A stretch of 63,990 nt of DNA, filler included, from Asterionella formosa (Eukaryota): NCBI GenBank assembly GCA_002256025.1. It is 17 parts of 17 records of this genome, joined end to end, with 100 filler letters (N's around TTAATTAATTAA, not from the genome) between each part and the next. Parts side by side here need not be neighbours in the genome. Positions count along the whole stretch, not along the records: positions 48,552 to 49,864 come from NKIB01003058.1; positions 49,965 to 51,277 come from NKIB01003060.1; positions 51,378 to 52,690 come from NKIB01003061.1; positions 52,791 to 54,103 come from NKIB01003062.1; positions 54,204 to 55,516 come from NKIB01003063.1; positions 55,617 to 56,929 come from NKIB01003064.1; positions 57,030 to 58,342 come from NKIB01003065.1; positions 58,443 to 59,754 come from NKIB01003067.1; 9 more parts are not named here. One strand, given 5' to 3'. Of the stretch, positions 48,552 through 61,266 are shown piece after piece (positions within the stretch are counted from its first letter, which is position 1; every line of letters starts with the position of its first letter). The position numbers were made by a program, and so were the translations under genes. Under the pieces are notes generated by a model. It made no database searches. It was not told where the DNA came from and saw only the letters and a program-made list of their open reading frames with translations.

Positions 48552-49549
48552 GGTTGACGGCCATTATTTCAGTGTCAGTGACGGAACCTGAGTTTGAAGG
48601 ACAAACCAAGGGTCGCCTCGGAAACCCAGAAGTTCGTCCTGCTGTAGATGCCCTACTATCAGCCGAATTAACAAAACTTTTGGACTTCAACCCAGAAATT
48701 CTGGATGCCATCTACAACAAGGCATGTGAAGCACAGCAAGCGTCTATTGCAGCTCGAGCTGCTCGTGATATGGTTCGACGTAAGACCCTTTTGACTTCGA
48801 CGGTCTTGCCTGGAAAATTGGCAGATTGCGCTTCACGTGACCCATCCGTTTCGGAGATTTTCATTGTTGAGGGAGACTCTGCAGCAGGAAGTGCCAAGCA
48901 AGGACGAGATCGTCAAACGCAAGCTATACTTCCTTTGAGAGGAAAGATTCTCAATGTTGAACGAGTTGCTGCCGAGCGTATCTACCAAAACACTGAATTG
49001 CAGGGTCTGATTTCTGCTCTTGGTCTCGGAGTGAAGGGATCTGAGTTCGAAGTTGACAAATTGAGATATGGACGCGTTATTATAATGACGGATGCCGATG
49101 TTGACGGAGCACATATACGCGTTCTCCTTCTGACTTTCTTCTTTCGGTATCAACGAGAATTGGTTGAAAACGGCCACATCTGGATTGCGCAACCTCCGTT
49201 GTACAAGTTATCGACGGGATCGAGTCGTAGTAAGAAAGAAACGTACTGCTACACCGAGGAGGAAAAAGTGAAGGTCATGAATGAAATGGGATTCAATGAC
49301 ATTGAAAAGGCCGTTTCCAGTGGCCAGGTTGCAATTCAGCGTTTCAAGGGATTAGGCGAAATGATGCCCAAGCAGCTGTGGTCGACTACCATGGATCCCG
49401 ATACACGGACCATGCTGCAAGTGACGGTGGATGATTGCGCGCTTGCTGATCAAACCATGAGTATACTCATGGGAGATGCAGTTGCTCCTCGACGAAATTT
49501 TATTTCCAACAACGCCGCTAGTCTCAAAATGAATGATTTGGATGTGTGA
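48552..49549 (+). CDS. gyrB: DNA gyrase subunit B, C-terminal half (probably organelle-targeted, nuclear-encoded)
   Basis: [67 protein letters not shown]. 5' end truncated. Confidence 0.93.
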
Positions 49550-49964
49550 AACAATTATTATAATACAGCCCACAATTAAACAGCTGGTTATTGTCAGGGT
49601 TTTGATTGGTAAACCATTTTTAGTCATTATTTATCACTCCGCCCTTTAGTAAAAATGCTAAAGCTAGTTGCTGATATCAATGCACTGCAAATTTGAACAA
49701 TATAACGTGCCCTGAATTTTGCTGTGAACCACATGGGTCTATCTATCTTTAGATTCTAATGCATGTGTGCTAGATCATTTATTCACTGATTAGCCCCCTC
49801 CACGGCCCTTCATCCAAGAGACACCGTTACCAAGGTTTCCAGACCTGCTTCCTCCCATCATTGCNNNNNNNNNNNNNNNNNNNNNNNNNNNNNNNNNNNN
49901 NNNNNNNNTTAATTAATTAANNNNNNNNNNNNNNNNNNNNNNNNNNNNNNNNNNNNNNNNNNNN

Positions 49965-51240
49965 TCAACTGTGAAAAGTTTGCTCTCATTTCAGAATGCA
50001 AATTTGTAAATCGATCTCTGACACCAGGTAAAATAGAGTCAATTCTAAGATCCACTGGATCCTGAACCAAATTCAGATGATGACTCATATTCTTTAAAAA
50101 TTCTTTGAACTCTTCACAGTTAAACACATCCAGCCAATGTGAACAAAAAATGACCCCGACCATTCAATATCATTGTTGCTGCATCTTGCAGAATGATGAC
50201 ACAGAGGCAAGAGAGCAAATTAAGAAAAGCATAGGCGGTAGAATTGATAGCTGCATCAATAGATTCAATTTCTTTTTCAATAAATGGAAAGATAGTTTGT
50301 TGCAGGGTGATTGAAGGTTTGATGTGATCTCGTGGCAAAAAACACTTTCTTTTTCATCTGGATGGCCAGCCATAACACGCATGGCTTTCATTGGCAGTTT
50401 AGCTGAATAAACATCACGTCGAGTATCCACATTCCAATTTCCAAGGTCATTGATGTTATAGCCATCAAGTTCATCCAGTTCTGCTTTGACTGAACCAGCT
50501 GATCGACCAAAATGCACGAAATGTTTTGAAATAATGCCAAGGTGTCTGCAAGCATTCTTCATGTTACTCGCATATGCCTGATCAGTTACTGAAATAGTGT
50601 TGTCGAAGCCCCGAGAATCTGTCAACAGCTTAATAATGAACCAGGCTTTGTTTGAAGTAAAATCAAATGATTCTGCTTCTCCATTCTGCATAAATCTTGC
50701 CATTAAATGAAATCCAAGAGCACCAATAGCACACTCATTGACATTATGATGTCGAATACAACGTCCATAAAGAGTCTTTAAACCATTTGTTTTCCCAGTA
50801 GCAATGCGCATCACATGAATTAAAATATCCTCTAGACTATTTTTATCCTTGTGTAACAAGGAACAAAGATCACTAAGTTCGCACTTAAAGAGTGATTCGC
50901 CTCTTAAGATCCCATTTGTTGTCATCAAAAGACAATATCGATCACGTAAAGATGCCACTGAATAAATGGATGATAACGAATTTTTTTTAAAGAAAAAATC
51001 TTCAAGTCTTGGTATATCTTGAGCAGCAGTGTATGGCGTGAATTCACTTGTCAATTTTTCATCGAAATTGCTTTTCGCAATTTGTGTCTTTCTCATTTTT
51101 ACTGTCTTCAGCAATCTTTTGACACGGCCAGACATTAGTACTTCCTTGGTTATGTTGTTGCATCCTCCATCCCGTTGTTGTGCATGCAAATCTAGGATGG
51201 CTGATCGATATTGATTGAGTACACTATATCCAATTGGCTT
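49965..51240 (-). pseudogene. Crypton-type tyrosine recombinase (NDC10_II-like), frameshifted
   Basis: LRDR..GILRGES, GKTN, RHHNV.ECAIGALGFHL..RF, HFGR, GNW and DVYSAKLP..AMR.MAG give the R-K-HxxR-W-Y set. Frame breaks near 50340 and 50135. Confidence 0.8.
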
Positions 51241-51377
51241 GTCTGAAATCCAATCAGTGTTGGAAATTACAGATTCANNNNNNNNNNNNNNNNNNNNNNN
51301 NNNNNNNNNNNNNNNNNNNNNTTAATTAATTAANNNNNNNNNNNNNNNNNNNNNNNNNNNNNNNNNNNNNNNNNNNN

Positions 51378-52445
51378 TTGATGATGATGAAACCCTGGCA
51401 ATCTCAAATTCACCATTTCCATCTTCTTCAATCAGAAGAGAATATCGAGTACCTCCTGTTTTGGATTTCACAATTCCAACGTCAACTGGGACAGCTTCCA
51501 ATTTATATTGCAAATCTCCAATATCTTCGCCAAGAAACTGACTACAAGCGGTTCCGATCACCATGTTCTCCACCATTCTCGCCCCACTTTGAATATCCAT
51601 GACATCTTTGCGTTTCTGGGAAGTCCTGGCTGGTAATTTACACAAGAATTTAAGATTCTTTTCCATTGGGCCTCCATTAAAAACCTGTGGACTTCCGAAA
51701 CGATGAATGTTTCTTACAGTATGCATCTGTTGATGAAACTTCGCAAGCTTCCATCCCTGAGAGGTTGTTGTTCTCGGGCATTCTTTTACCAGCTTAGTAA
51801 AATAGTTGACAACGCTTTGGTGTTCCTGTGGTAAATTTCCCACATCAAAACTCTCTTTACTAAACCAGGCATTGTAGCAGAGCATCCCTTCGAATAGACC
51901 TTGAAAGTTTCGAATTTCTTGATTGGTCATACCACTTTCTTCTCGGCAGATTTTGATTCCAGCATCACATGCCATGACAACACAGGCAATAAGCATCACT
52001 CCGATTCTTTCGTTAGCAGTTATTTTCGTTTTGCAACCATGAAAGCCGAAATTGAAGGAACAACGAGGAAGGTCTCGGTCACTCTGGTGAAGGAAGAGTT
52101 TAGATATTTTGTTGAACAACTGGTCAAACAGTTTTCGATTGGAATTACCCTTTACTGTTTTGGGACGCCCGATCATATAAGAATATAGCTCCATGAGGTG
52201 ATCCATTTATTCTTCTTGAATGGAATGGAGTCTTTTAGGAGGAACGTGCCCATTAACACCAAGAGGATCGCCACCAAAACACAACTGATACCAAAAGGGA
52301 TAGATGAATCTTTGGCTCACCTTATCCAATAAATCTTTTATGCCCCGGATTAATAGTTCCTCGTAATCAATCTGACCTACAGGACTGCATTCATGAGATG
52401 GATTGTCCGTTTGATCAAACGGACAATCACATTCACGACACATGG
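51378..52445 (-). pseudogene. Plavaka-like transposase, diverged subfamily with in-frame stop
   Basis: Homologous to 52791-54103 (CRECDC, FGGDPLG.NGH, HQSDRD.PRC, GWK..KFHQQMHTVRNI.RFGS). TAA at 52207-52209 interrupts LHSIQEE*MDHL. Confidence 0.7.
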
Positions 52446-52790
52446 TGACGGAAGCAGCCACAGAGGCCAAGCCACTGGACTGAACAGGAGGGGGGGGGAT
52501 GATGGGGGAGGACTGAGGGATTCATAGGGGGAATGAAAGGAGAGGTCCTTTCAGCTTGCATCGCCTTTTATTTATGCATATAGCTATTAGATAGTATTTC
52601 TCTCGGTAGATTCATTTAGTGTCTGAATAGATTTTTTTGTTATGTTAAAATATATAACGACGTCACTTTGCATTCTTCTCTACCTAAATTNNNNNNNNNN
52701 NNNNNNNNNNNNNNNNNNNNNNNNNNNNNNNNNNTTAATTAATTAANNNNNNNNNNNNNNNNNNNNNNNNNNNNNNNNNNNNNNNNNNNN

Positions 52791-54103
52791 CCAATCCCAG
52801 ATTGATGCATCCCAATAATGTGTCATTTGATTTTTCTGATCCCTGCAAGGCTCCACAACCGTCTGATGTCCGTTCAGAATTACACACCGGGAGTTGGTGG
52901 ATTGACGCTCACAACTGTCTGTGCATTCAACCTAATGATTTTCTCGTCCCTCTCATGTTTTTCATTGATAGAACACACACTGTAGAAAATTCTAAATTCA
53001 CCATGGAGCCAGTTTTGTTTTCTCTTGGGATTTTCCGTACAACTGTAAGGAACAAAGTCATTGCTTGGCGCCCCCTTGGTCTAATACCAAAACTTGATGG
53101 TCAGAGTCTTGCATTGAACAAAAATATGACTGCTGACGATAAGTGCAAGGATTATCACACAATTTTGGCAATTATATTGTCGGGAGTTCAAGAGACTCAG
53201 AAATCTGGTGGCTTCAAGTATAATTTCAATTTCCATGGCAAACAGCATAGCCTGGTTGTAAAGGTACCGGTCGGGTTGGTGCTTGGCGATGCGGAAGGAT
53301 TGGACAATCAGTGTGGGAGGATTAAATATTACCTGAAAACTTTTCGTCTCTGTCGGGAATGTGATTGTTCATACGACAAATTAGATAAACCATCAATCAA
53401 ATGCTCTCCAGTAGGGCAAGTGGGTTATGCTGCCCTATTAGGAATGAACGACAAAACACTAATGGATGCCGTGTCACAACGTTTTATTACACCTTGCTGG
53501 TATGCGCTGGATTTTGGTGGAGATCCATTGGGAATCAATGGCCATTGCCCTCCTGAAAAGTTGCACTCAATACATGAGGGAATGATGCGTTATCTCATTC
53601 TTCTGTTCTCGGTAAAGTTCGGCACTGTTACCTCTGCTCAGGGGTTGAAAAATAGAACCGCTTTTGATACATTATTTATAAAAGTGTCAAAGATGATGCA
53701 ACATCAAAGCGATCGGGATATGCCAAGGTGCAATTTTCATGGTGGATTCCATGGATGTTTTCCAAAGATAACAGGAAATGAAACCGTTGGGGTAATGCTT
53801 GTTGCTTGTTTGGTAATGGCTACAGACGCCGGAATCAAGCTTTGCAAGGATAAGGTTGGAATGTCAATGCAGGAAATAAAAGACATCCAAATAATTTTCG
53901 AGGGCATGGTTTGTTATAATTCCTGGTTCAGCCAAGAAAGTTATGACGTACATCGATTGATGGAAATTGATTGTCAATCCATTGTCAAGTACTACACAAA
54001 ATTAGTCAAGATTTTCCCAAGAGAAACGACAGAGCAAGGCTGGAAAATGACAAAGTTTCATCAGCAGATGCATACTGTCCGAAATATCGAACGGTTTGGC
54101 AGT
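52791..54103 (+). mobile_element. Plavaka-like transposase, internal fragment (copy A)
   Basis: SELHTGSWW..LVPLMFFIDRTH..EPVLFSLGIF..RNK..AWRPLGLIP, GDAEGLD..C, CRECDC and KFH. Frame is open across the contig. Confidence 0.75.
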
Positions 54104-54300
54104 NNNNNNNNNNNNNNNNNNNNNNNNNNNNNNNNNNNNNNNNNNNNTTAATTAATTAANNNNNNNNNNNNNNNNNNNNNNNNNNNNNNNNNNNNNNNNN
54201 NNNTACTACCTGGTACCGGTAGTAACTCGTCAGCCTGGCTAATTATCGCGCCAGTTAAATTCATAAAAGCAATATCATGATAACTACCGGGTAGGTATGC

Positions 54301-55256
54301 CAGAACATATGGTGTTCTGTTGCTCGCTTATTACTCCGACTATTGGTTTTAGTTTTACGATCATACAATCCTAGAACTATGATGATTTATTGTCCCACTG
54401 CAGTAGCAACAGTCCTGAACATATGGTGTTCTGTTGCTAGTTTACTACTCCGACTACCCCCACCAGCATATCACTTACTACCTGCTACTGGTACTCTGTA
54501 TATATATATGATATATTGTTATTGTCATATGATGTACCGGTACACATGAAGAGCTCCCGCCCAAAAAGGGGGCTTAAACAATTTGCCACCATAACCCTGG
54601 CGGTTATGACTTACACGGTTCACGTAGTCGTGGAAAACAATGGACATATAGTGCATTGAGTATTTTCGAATTATGTATATGCGAGTATGATCATCTCAAC
54701 CATATCAGATGTTCCATATCGAGAGCGCCTTTGAATTTTATAAAATGTATTACGCTATATATATATATATATTTACAAATTTTATTACTATATTCATGGC
54801 CAATATATTTTTCAAATCGTTCTGTCACGTTAACAATCAATGCCTGCTGCTTCATGAAAAGATACGTCGTAGTAAAGCACATGACAGCAAAGAAAGTTTA
54901 CGCAATACATAACGAAAAACATTGTGACTTCGACACATTGCGCATTCGAAGGATGGAGAATGTTTAAGGTAATGAAGCCATCAATGTGCGTGGTACTTGG
55001 ATGACAATCGTTGGGAGGCAGGCAGGCAGCACAACAACAAATTGTTAACTAAACGCACATTTCCTTTTTTCTCAGTTGATTCAACAGCTCAAACAAAACC
55101 AAACCAAATTGCGTAAGTGCTCTTGTCGCTCGTTGGACCTATTCACTTCTGTTGGAACAAAGCTATCATGACTACTAGCTAACAAATCATTCCTTCTCAT
55201 TGTTTCTGTAACTGCATAGGACCATAAAACCAATCAAACAACGGAATAGTCGGCGA
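54301..55256. repeat. Copy of the dispersed repeat family (same strand as ~37480-38755, with internal deletions)
   Basis: Direct sequence similarity. Contains about 1.5 of the 115-bp units. Confidence 0.85.
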
Positions 55257-55616
55257 AAAATGCTAGTATGGCTTGTCAGCTCACGCATTGTTGTTGACAA
55301 CAGGCAGGGACAATGAGGTCCGGAATGGAAGTTGTTCTGGTAAGATTGCTGCGCTATTTTGACGGCTATATGAGCAACGCTACTGATATCTCACACTGAT
55401 CTTCCTCTACATTCAATTGACATTGCAGCAAACCCTTTCAGTGCAGGAGCATTCGCATGCCGTTCCGAATGAGCAGGCTTTATTTCATTAATGAAACTCT
55501 TAAATTTAGTTGAATGNNNNNNNNNNNNNNNNNNNNNNNNNNNNNNNNNNNNNNNNNNNNTTAATTAATTAANNNNNNNNNNNNNNNNNNNNNNNNNNNN
55601 NNNNNNNNNNNNNNNN

Positions 55617-56929
55617 ACTGCCAAACCGTTCGATATTTCGGACAGTATGCATCTGCTGATGAAACTTTGTCATTTTCCAGCCTTGCTCTGTCGTTTCTCT
55701 TGGGAAAATCTTGACTAATTTTGTGTAGTACTTGACAATGGATTGACAATCAATTTCCATCAATCGATGTACGTCATAACTTTCTTGGCTGAACCAGGAA
55801 TTATAACAAACCATGCCCTCGAAAATTATTTGGATGTCTTTTATTTCCTGCATTGACATTCCAACCTTATCCTTGCAAAGCTTGATTCCGGCGTCTGTAG
55901 CCATTACCAAACAAGCAACAAGCATTACTCCAACGGTTTCATTTCCTGTTATCTTTGGAAAACATCCATGGAATCCACCATGAAAATTGCACCTTGGCAT
56001 ATCCCGATCGCTTTGATGTTGCATCATCTTTGACACTTTTATGAATAATGTATCAAAAGCGGTTCTATTTTTCAACCCCTGAGCAGAGGTAACAGTGCCG
56101 AACTTTACCGAGAACAGAAGAATGAGATAACGCATCATTCCCTCATGTATTGAGTGCAACTTTTCAGGAGGGCAATGGCCATTGATTCCCAATGGATCTC
56201 CACCAAAATCCAGCGCATACCAGCAAGGTGTAATAAAACGTTGTGACACGGCATCCATTAGTGTTTTGTCGTTCATTCCTAATAGGGCAGCATAACCCAC
56301 TTGCCCTACTGGAGAGCATTTGATTGATGGTTTATCTAATTTGTCGTATGAACAATCACATTCCCGACAGAGACGAAAAGTTTTCAGGTAATATTTAATC
56401 CTCCCACACTGATTGTCCAATCCTTCCGCATCGCCAAGCACCAACCCGACCGGTACCTTTACAACCAGGCTATGCTGTTTGCCATGGAAATTGAAATTAT
56501 ACTTGAAGCCACCAGATTTCTGAGTCTCTTGAACTCCCGACAATATAATTGCCAAAATTGTGTGATAATCCTTGCACTTATCGTCGGCAGTCATATTTTT
56601 GTTCAATGCAAGACTCTGACCATCAAGTTTTGGTATTAGACCAAGGGGGCGCCAAGCAATGACTTTGTTCCTTACAGTTGTACGGAAAATCCCAAGAGAA
56701 AACAAAACTGGCTCCATGGTGAATTTAGAATTTTCCACAGTGTGTGTTCTATCAATGAAAAACATGAGAGGGACGAGAAAATCATTAGGTTGAATGCACA
56801 GACAGTTGTGAGCGTCAATCCACCAACTCCCGGTGTGTAATTCTGAACGGACATCAGACGGTTGTGGAGCCTTGCAGGGATCAGAAAAATCAAATGACAC
56901 ATTATTGGGATGCATCAATCTGGGATTGG
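55617..56929 (-). mobile_element. Plavaka-like transposase fragment (copy B)
   Basis: Reverse complement of 52791-54103 with identical endpoints and identical translation. Confidence 0.75.
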
Positions 56930-57029
56930 NNNNNNNNNNNNNNNNNNNNNNNNNNNNNNNNNNNNNNNNNNNNTTAATTAATTAANNNNNNNNNNNNNNN
57001 NNNNNNNNNNNNNNNNNNNNNNNNNNNNN

Positions 57030-58342
57030 ACTGCCAAACCGTTCGATATTTCGGACAGTATGCATCTGCTGATGAAACTTTGTCATTTTCCAGCCTTGCT
57101 CTGTCGTTTCTCTTGGGAAAATCTTGACTAATTTTGTGTAGTACTTGACAATGGATTGACAATCAATTTCCATCAATCGATGTACGTCATAACTTTCTTG
57201 GCTGAACCAGGAATTATAACAAACCATGCCCTCGAAAATTATTTGGATGTCTTTTATTTCCTGCATTGACATTCCAACCTTATCCTTGCAAAGCTTGATT
57301 CCGGCGTCTGTAGCCATTACCAAACAAGCAACAAGCATTACTCCAACGGTTTCATTTCCTGTTATCTTTGGAAAACATCCATGGAATCCACCATGAAAAT
57401 TGCACCTTGGCATATCCCGATCGCTTTGATGTTGCATCATCTTTGACACTTTTATGAATAATGTATCAAAAGCGGTTCTATTTTTCAACCCCTGAGCAGA
57501 GGTAACAGTGCCGAACTTTACCGAGAACAGAAGAATGAGATAACGCATCATTCCCTCATGTATTGAGTGCAACTTTTCAGGAGGGCAATGGCCATTGATT
57601 CCCAATGGATCTCCACCAAAATCCAGCGCATACCAGCAAGGTGTAATAAAACGTTGTGACACGGCATCCATTAGTGTTTTGTCGTTCATTCCTAATAGGG
57701 CAGCATAACCCACTTGCCCTACTGGAGAGCATTTGATTGATGGTTTATCTAATTTGTCGTATGAACAATCACATTCCCGACAGAGACGAAAAGTTTTCAG
57801 GTAATATTTAATCCTCCCACACTGATTGTCCAATCCTTCCGCATCGCCAAGCACCAACCCGACCGGTACCTTTACAACCAGGCTATGCTGTTTGCCATGG
57901 AAATTGAAATTATACTTGAAGCCACCAGATTTCTGAGTCTCTTGAACTCCCGACAATATAATTGCCAAAATTGTGTGATAATCCTTGCACTTATCGTCGG
58001 CAGTCATATTTTTGTTCAATGCAAGACTCTGACCATCAAGTTTTGGTATTAGACCAAGGGGGCGCCAAGCAATGACTTTGTTCCTTACAGTTGTACGGAA
58101 AATCCCAAGAGAAAACAAAACTGGCTCCATGGTGAATTTAGAATTTTCTACAGTGTGTGTTCTATCAATGAAAAACATGAGAGGGACGAGAAAATCATTG
58201 GGTTGAATGCACAGACAGTTGTGAGCGTCAATCCACCAACTCCCGGTGTGTAATTCTGAACGGACATCAGACGGTTGTGGAGCCTTGCAGGGATCAGAAA
58301 AATCAAATGACACATTATTGGGATGCATCAATCTGGGATTGG
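57030..58342 (-). mobile_element. Plavaka-like transposase fragment (copy C)
   Basis: Reverse complement of 52791-54103 with identical endpoints and identical translation. Confidence 0.75.
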
Positions 58343-58442
58343 NNNNNNNNNNNNNNNNNNNNNNNNNNNNNNNNNNNNNNNNNNNNTTAATTAATTAANN
58401 NNNNNNNNNNNNNNNNNNNNNNNNNNNNNNNNNNNNNNNNNN

Positions 58443-59754
58443 AAGGTCAGATGACGACGAAGGGACAACAGCTTTGCTCTCGTCCACGATCATGCGTTCC
58501 TTGTCAATTTGATGCAGAGAATTGACCTTTTCCCCAAAACTGTTATTTGCAAAGTGGATTTCGTTGCGAGGAGAAATATTCGCCTGCCTAATGCCGAGTG
58601 ATTGACACAATGAATTATTTTCCTTCTCGTTAACAATGGTATTTTCAATCTCCATCATGGCAAGTATATGATCACTTTTCTCCATCATCGGCGTTGACCA
58701 TTGAATTTTCTGTTGGGCACATTCAAGGTCGTCCTTGGCGGTTTGGAGTCTTTTCAGTACAGACTCGTTCTCGTTCGTTAGTTGGTTGACCTTTAGGGTT
58801 AAATGTTTCACTGCTTGCTGTGAGGCTTCCAAGTCCGTGCCATACTTCTCTGTCTTGCTCTTTTCCATCTCATCAGAAACTTGAATGTATAGTGATCCAT
58901 CCATGCTGCCAAGGTCACTTGCCGGCTGTCGAATAGCCTGCATAGATAGTGTCTCCCGTGAGTTGATGTGTTCCCCTAAAGGTTCCAAAATAGCTCCTTC
59001 AAATGTACTATCCTCGTACCAGATTGCTTCATTTGATTCGCTGAAATTCAATCGAGCTTCTTCCATCTGTTTTATTATCTGTTCCTCGTCATCAAACAAG
59101 CGGCTCGACAACGATGGTTTGTGAAAAGTGGCATCAAGGACAGCATCAAAGTCAGGAGAAAACGTGTCCCCGTTGTTACTGTGACTAACGCCATTGGCAC
59201 TTCCAGACTCTGATTGAAAGTCCAAGGACTCCTTTAGGAAATCTACCAAGTGTGTCATCCTTAGTAAACGGTCATTGGCTACAGAAATCTTGGCATTAAA
59301 CACGTCCTGAATTCTTTTTGTTTGTAAGTCGATGGCAACAAGAGTGGATGCTGTCATTTCATAAAACTCTTCTTGTAACTGATGCTTGGTTCTTTCGACT
59401 TCCGCACGTGCATCTCTTGCCTCCTGTTCATAGACATGACATTTCCTATGAACTTTAATGAGCTCTTCTTCCAAATCAATCTCAATTTTGCTAGGGGGGA
59501 TTACTGATTCCATCCCCGTAAGCATGGCAACTTGAGCCAAGAGGGCGTCTTTCTCCTTTGTGAGTTGCTTCCATCCCTCGAGACTTACTCCTTGAGTGGT
59601 GTCGCTAAGCTGTCGTTCCAGTTCCATGACTCGATCAGTCACAGCATGTTCTCTAGCCAGTTCTGACTCTAATGTTCTAGCCAGCACTCTGGAGGTTGGT
59701 GAGCCAATGTTTGTCCTTGACTCCAATGTTGATAAGTCTGTATATTTCATCGTT
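58443..59754 (-). CDS. Internal fragment of a large coiled-coil protein, function unknown
   Basis: Frame is open across the contig, with E/K/Q/L-rich heptad-like segments. No family recognised. Confidence 0.6.
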
Positions 59755-59990
59755 NNNNNNNNNNNNNNNNNNNNNNNNNNNNNNNNNNNNNNNNNNNNTT
59801 AATTAATTAANNNNNNNNNNNNNNNNNNNNNNNNNNNNNNNNNNNNNNNNNNNNTAAACATTCTCCATCACTGAATGTATATATACATATAATACGATCA
59901 ACATATCTGTGTCAGAGAATCAAGCTGGCAGCATGGCAAATATCGTTGATGACTATACTGGTAAGAAACAAAAAAACGCAACAATCAACC

Positions 59991-60440
59991 ATGAGCGAAA
60001 TTACACATCATCATCACAACAAGGGGGATGATCAATTCAACTACAGTCATGATACCTGTCCAACATGTCAAGACCGGTTGATTGTAGAGTCAGATGTGGA
60101 GGGATGTGAGAGTCGCATCTTCTGCGAATGCTGTGATTTTGGATGCCCTGAATGTCAGTGCCGATGGGATGAAGTCGAAGAGTTGGTGGAAAATTTCTTA
60201 GAAGATGATAACATTCTCAGCAAACTGAAGGATGAAGAGATTACGGCGTCAAGAGCCCGCAACCTTCTCTACAAGTTTTTATTCAGAGTTTACTGTGGAC
60301 CATTGGGAAAAGGTGTTCGCATGGAACTTCCTGACTGTAGTTTGAAGGGGGTTCGATCCCAATTGAAAAGCAAGGACAGAAACGAAGAGTACACTGGCTT
60401 CAAACCAGTTTCTAAATGTTCAAAATCTAGTAGTGATTAG
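59991..60440 (+). CDS. Small Cys-rich protein resembling the P2X7 cytoplasmic ballast (Zn-binding) domain
   Basis: CPTC..C..CECC..CPECQC.W, then R..LY...Y.GPLGKGVRMELPDC...VR.......EYTGFK. Confidence 0.6.
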   Translation: MSEITHHHHNKGDDQFNYSHDTCPTCQDRLIVESDVEGCESRIFCECCDFGCPECQCRWDEVEELVENFLEDDNILSKLKDEEITASRARNLLYKFLFRVYCGPLGKGVRMELPDCSLKGVRSQLKSKDRNEEYTGFKPVSKCSKSSSD

Positions 60441-61266
60441 CTTATTTTATTTTTTTCATTCACTTCAATAGAATATTTGACATCAATGCACCTAGTACGT
60501 ATGTTGTTTCAAACTCATCCTCTAGAAGTGAGGTGGCATGTACTCTTCTTGTTTTCTAAATTATTTTGTCAACGTTGTTTTATAATTTATTAATTTAACA
60601 CATCAGAAATAACAACAAACAACATAGACAACTAAAGCAGCATGCCGCGCTCCAGTGGTGGCCGTCTTTTAGCAGAAATTGGAGTTGGTGGTCATGGACA
60701 TCGGAATATAGTCAACGACGAAAATCAGAATTGGTGGTGTCCTACGCACAATCAAACAACCTCCTCCTACAACAATCACATCTACCATTCAACCAGCTTT
60801 TTAGCAAAGCAGGAATCAAGTCATCGATTATCCTTTATTGTCGACATTGCTGCAGGAAAATGTGTTTTGCAGAACATGTGTTAGTAAATTTAATGACGAA
60901 TATAGTAAACAAACTGTTCGTGCCTTTGTAACTTACCTACAAAACAATAGTGCCTACCACATTACAATGGCAGAGCAATTTGATTCTTTTTGGAACAAGA
61001 CTTGTTAGAAAAATCAGTAATGCAACCGTTGATTGTTGTGTCATCGGAGACCTACGGGTTGGCAAGTGGCTGCCGTCAAAATAACATGTTTGACCTGCCC
61101 AAAACAGGTTGCTAAACTCGAATCTGCAAGAAGCTGCAACAACGAAGATGAAGACCACGGTGAGATNNNNNNNNNNNNNNNNNNNNNNNNNNNNNNNNNN
61201 NNNNNNNNNNTTAATTAATTAANNNNNNNNNNNNNNNNNNNNNNNNNNNNNNNNNNNNNNNNNNNN

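Noticed and set aside
52791..58342. Apparent inverted/tandem triplication of a transposase locus
   Set aside because: Each copy is a separate 1313-bp contig, so order and orientation are arbitrary.
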